A stretch of 64,000 nucleotides of DNA from NCBI RefSeq assembly GCF_009914755.1, contig NC_060943.1. One strand, written 5' to 3'. The translations under genes were made by a program, and so were the position numbers. Positions within the stretch are counted from its first letter, which is position 1. The number at the start of each line of letters is the position of its first letter. The notes beneath the pieces are model-generated. The model made no database searches. It saw nothing but the letters and a program-made list of their open reading frames with translations, and was not told where the DNA came from. This document shows positions 63,016 through 64,000 of this stretch, one piece after another. The stretch comes from the human T2T-CHM13v2.0 reference genome, Homo sapiens.

Positions 63016-63654
63016 GTCCTTCACGGGGTGTAGCCAATGGGAGGCCTGTCAAAGACACCGAGGGGTATTGCCGGGTTCCTTTTAATAAAAACCCTAATTG
63101 AGGAAGCTCTTGGGCCTCTTGCTGGAGCCCCGCTCCCAGTCTGTGAATTGTCTTCAATAAACCTGTGCTTTCCTTACTCCGTTTTTTTGTGTTTTTGTCT
63201 TTCGTTGCTTTGTTCTTTTGTTACTTTGTGCGTTTCATTCAATTCTCTGTTCAACACGCCTAGAACGTGGACAACTCCATCCGGTAACAGCTCCACGTAC
63301 AATTTTTCTCCTTTGCGGCGGTGCTTTCAGCTGTGCACATTGCTGAGGAGGGTCCACACCGCCATTCTGATTGTCACTTTCAGTTCAGTATTCAATAAAC
63401 TACAGGAGAGAGTCAACACTTTATTATAAAATAGGTTTTCTGTTGGACGATTTTGCCCAACTGTAGGGGAAGGTACGTGTTCGGGGCGGGTTTAGGGTAG
63501 GCTAGGCTAAACTCTGATGTTTTGTAGGTGACATAATATTAAATGCATTTTTTATCTTCTATATTTTCAATTTATCAGGATGTGACTTCGCTGTACGTTG
63601 AAGAGCATCCACACTGTATCGCATACTTGAAATTTGCTGAGAAGATCGATTATG

Positions 63655-63955
63655 GGCCGGGGCGCGGTGGCTCATGCCTGTAATTCCATTAATTTGGGAA
63701 GCTGAGACGGGCGGATCGCTTGAGCTCAGGAGTTTGAGACCAGCCTGGGCAACATGGCGAAACCCCGTCTCTACAAATAATATAAAAATTAGCCGGGCAT
63801 GGGTGGCGCCTGTATTCCCAGCTGCTTGGGAGGAAGAGGCAGTAGGATCATTTGAGCCCAGGAGGCGGAGGTTGCAGTGACCTGAGATTGTGCCACTGTG
63901 CTCCAGCCTGGGTGGCAGAGTGAGGTTCTGTCTCAAAAATAAAAAAAATTTAAAA
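63655..63955 (+). mobile_element. Alu, full length
   Basis: Alu consensus with an A-rich tail. Confidence 0.9.
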
Positions 63956-64000
63956 AATGATAGATCATAAGTGTTTCACCACAGACACACGGACACACAC

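Larger units (their letters stand above)
61207..63289 (+). mobile_element. ERV1 solo LTR (MER51/MER83-like; subfamily uncertain) hosting an LTR2B-like insertion and a VNTR
   Basis: TGAGGCAGGAGAATAGGG...CCATCCGGTAACA with TG/CA termini; 4-bp TSD GCTC at 61203-61206 and 63290-63293; AATAAA in the R region. Confidence 0.8.

Noticed and set aside
61572-63157. Three long minus-strand ORFs (469, 392 and 451 aa)
   Set aside because: Artefacts of the 35-bp VNTR: the unit has no minus-strand stop codon and 35 is not divisible by 3, so all frames give the same periodic peptide; they lie inside an LTR

Overview
Human (or near-identical great-ape) genomic DNA, very Alu-rich, recognisable as the 19q13.43 GALP/ZSCAN5 locus. 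It contains the complete GALP gene (+ strand, 6 exons, 116-aa preproGALP; skipping exon 3 gives alarin; this haplotype encodes Met72). It also contains three intact paralogous SCAN-domain, five-C2H2-finger genes in alternating orientation: ZSCAN5B (-), ZSCAN5C (+) and ZSCAN5A (-). The ZSCAN5 copies lie in large inverted and direct duplications with patchwork gene-conversion tracts. Between ZSCAN5C and ZSCAN5A sits an RPL13 processed pseudogene that appears to have gained CpGs and forms a CpG island; it is inserted at the same L1-endonuclease site as an Alu (three target-site copies, with the empty site visible in a paralogous block). Other notable elements are a 50-bp VNTR that repeats the GALP exon-1 splice donor 11 times, a GC-shifted L1 fragment homogenised across all three ZSCAN5 introns, a ~210-280 bp palindrome upstream of each ZSCAN5 promoter, and an LTR2B-like solo LTR nested in another ERV1 LTR that carries a ~33x35-bp VNTR. 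Gene, repeat-family and parent-sequence identifications come from recalled sequences, not database searches. Repeat boundaries are approximate; exon boundaries were read from GT/AG sites and frame continuity.
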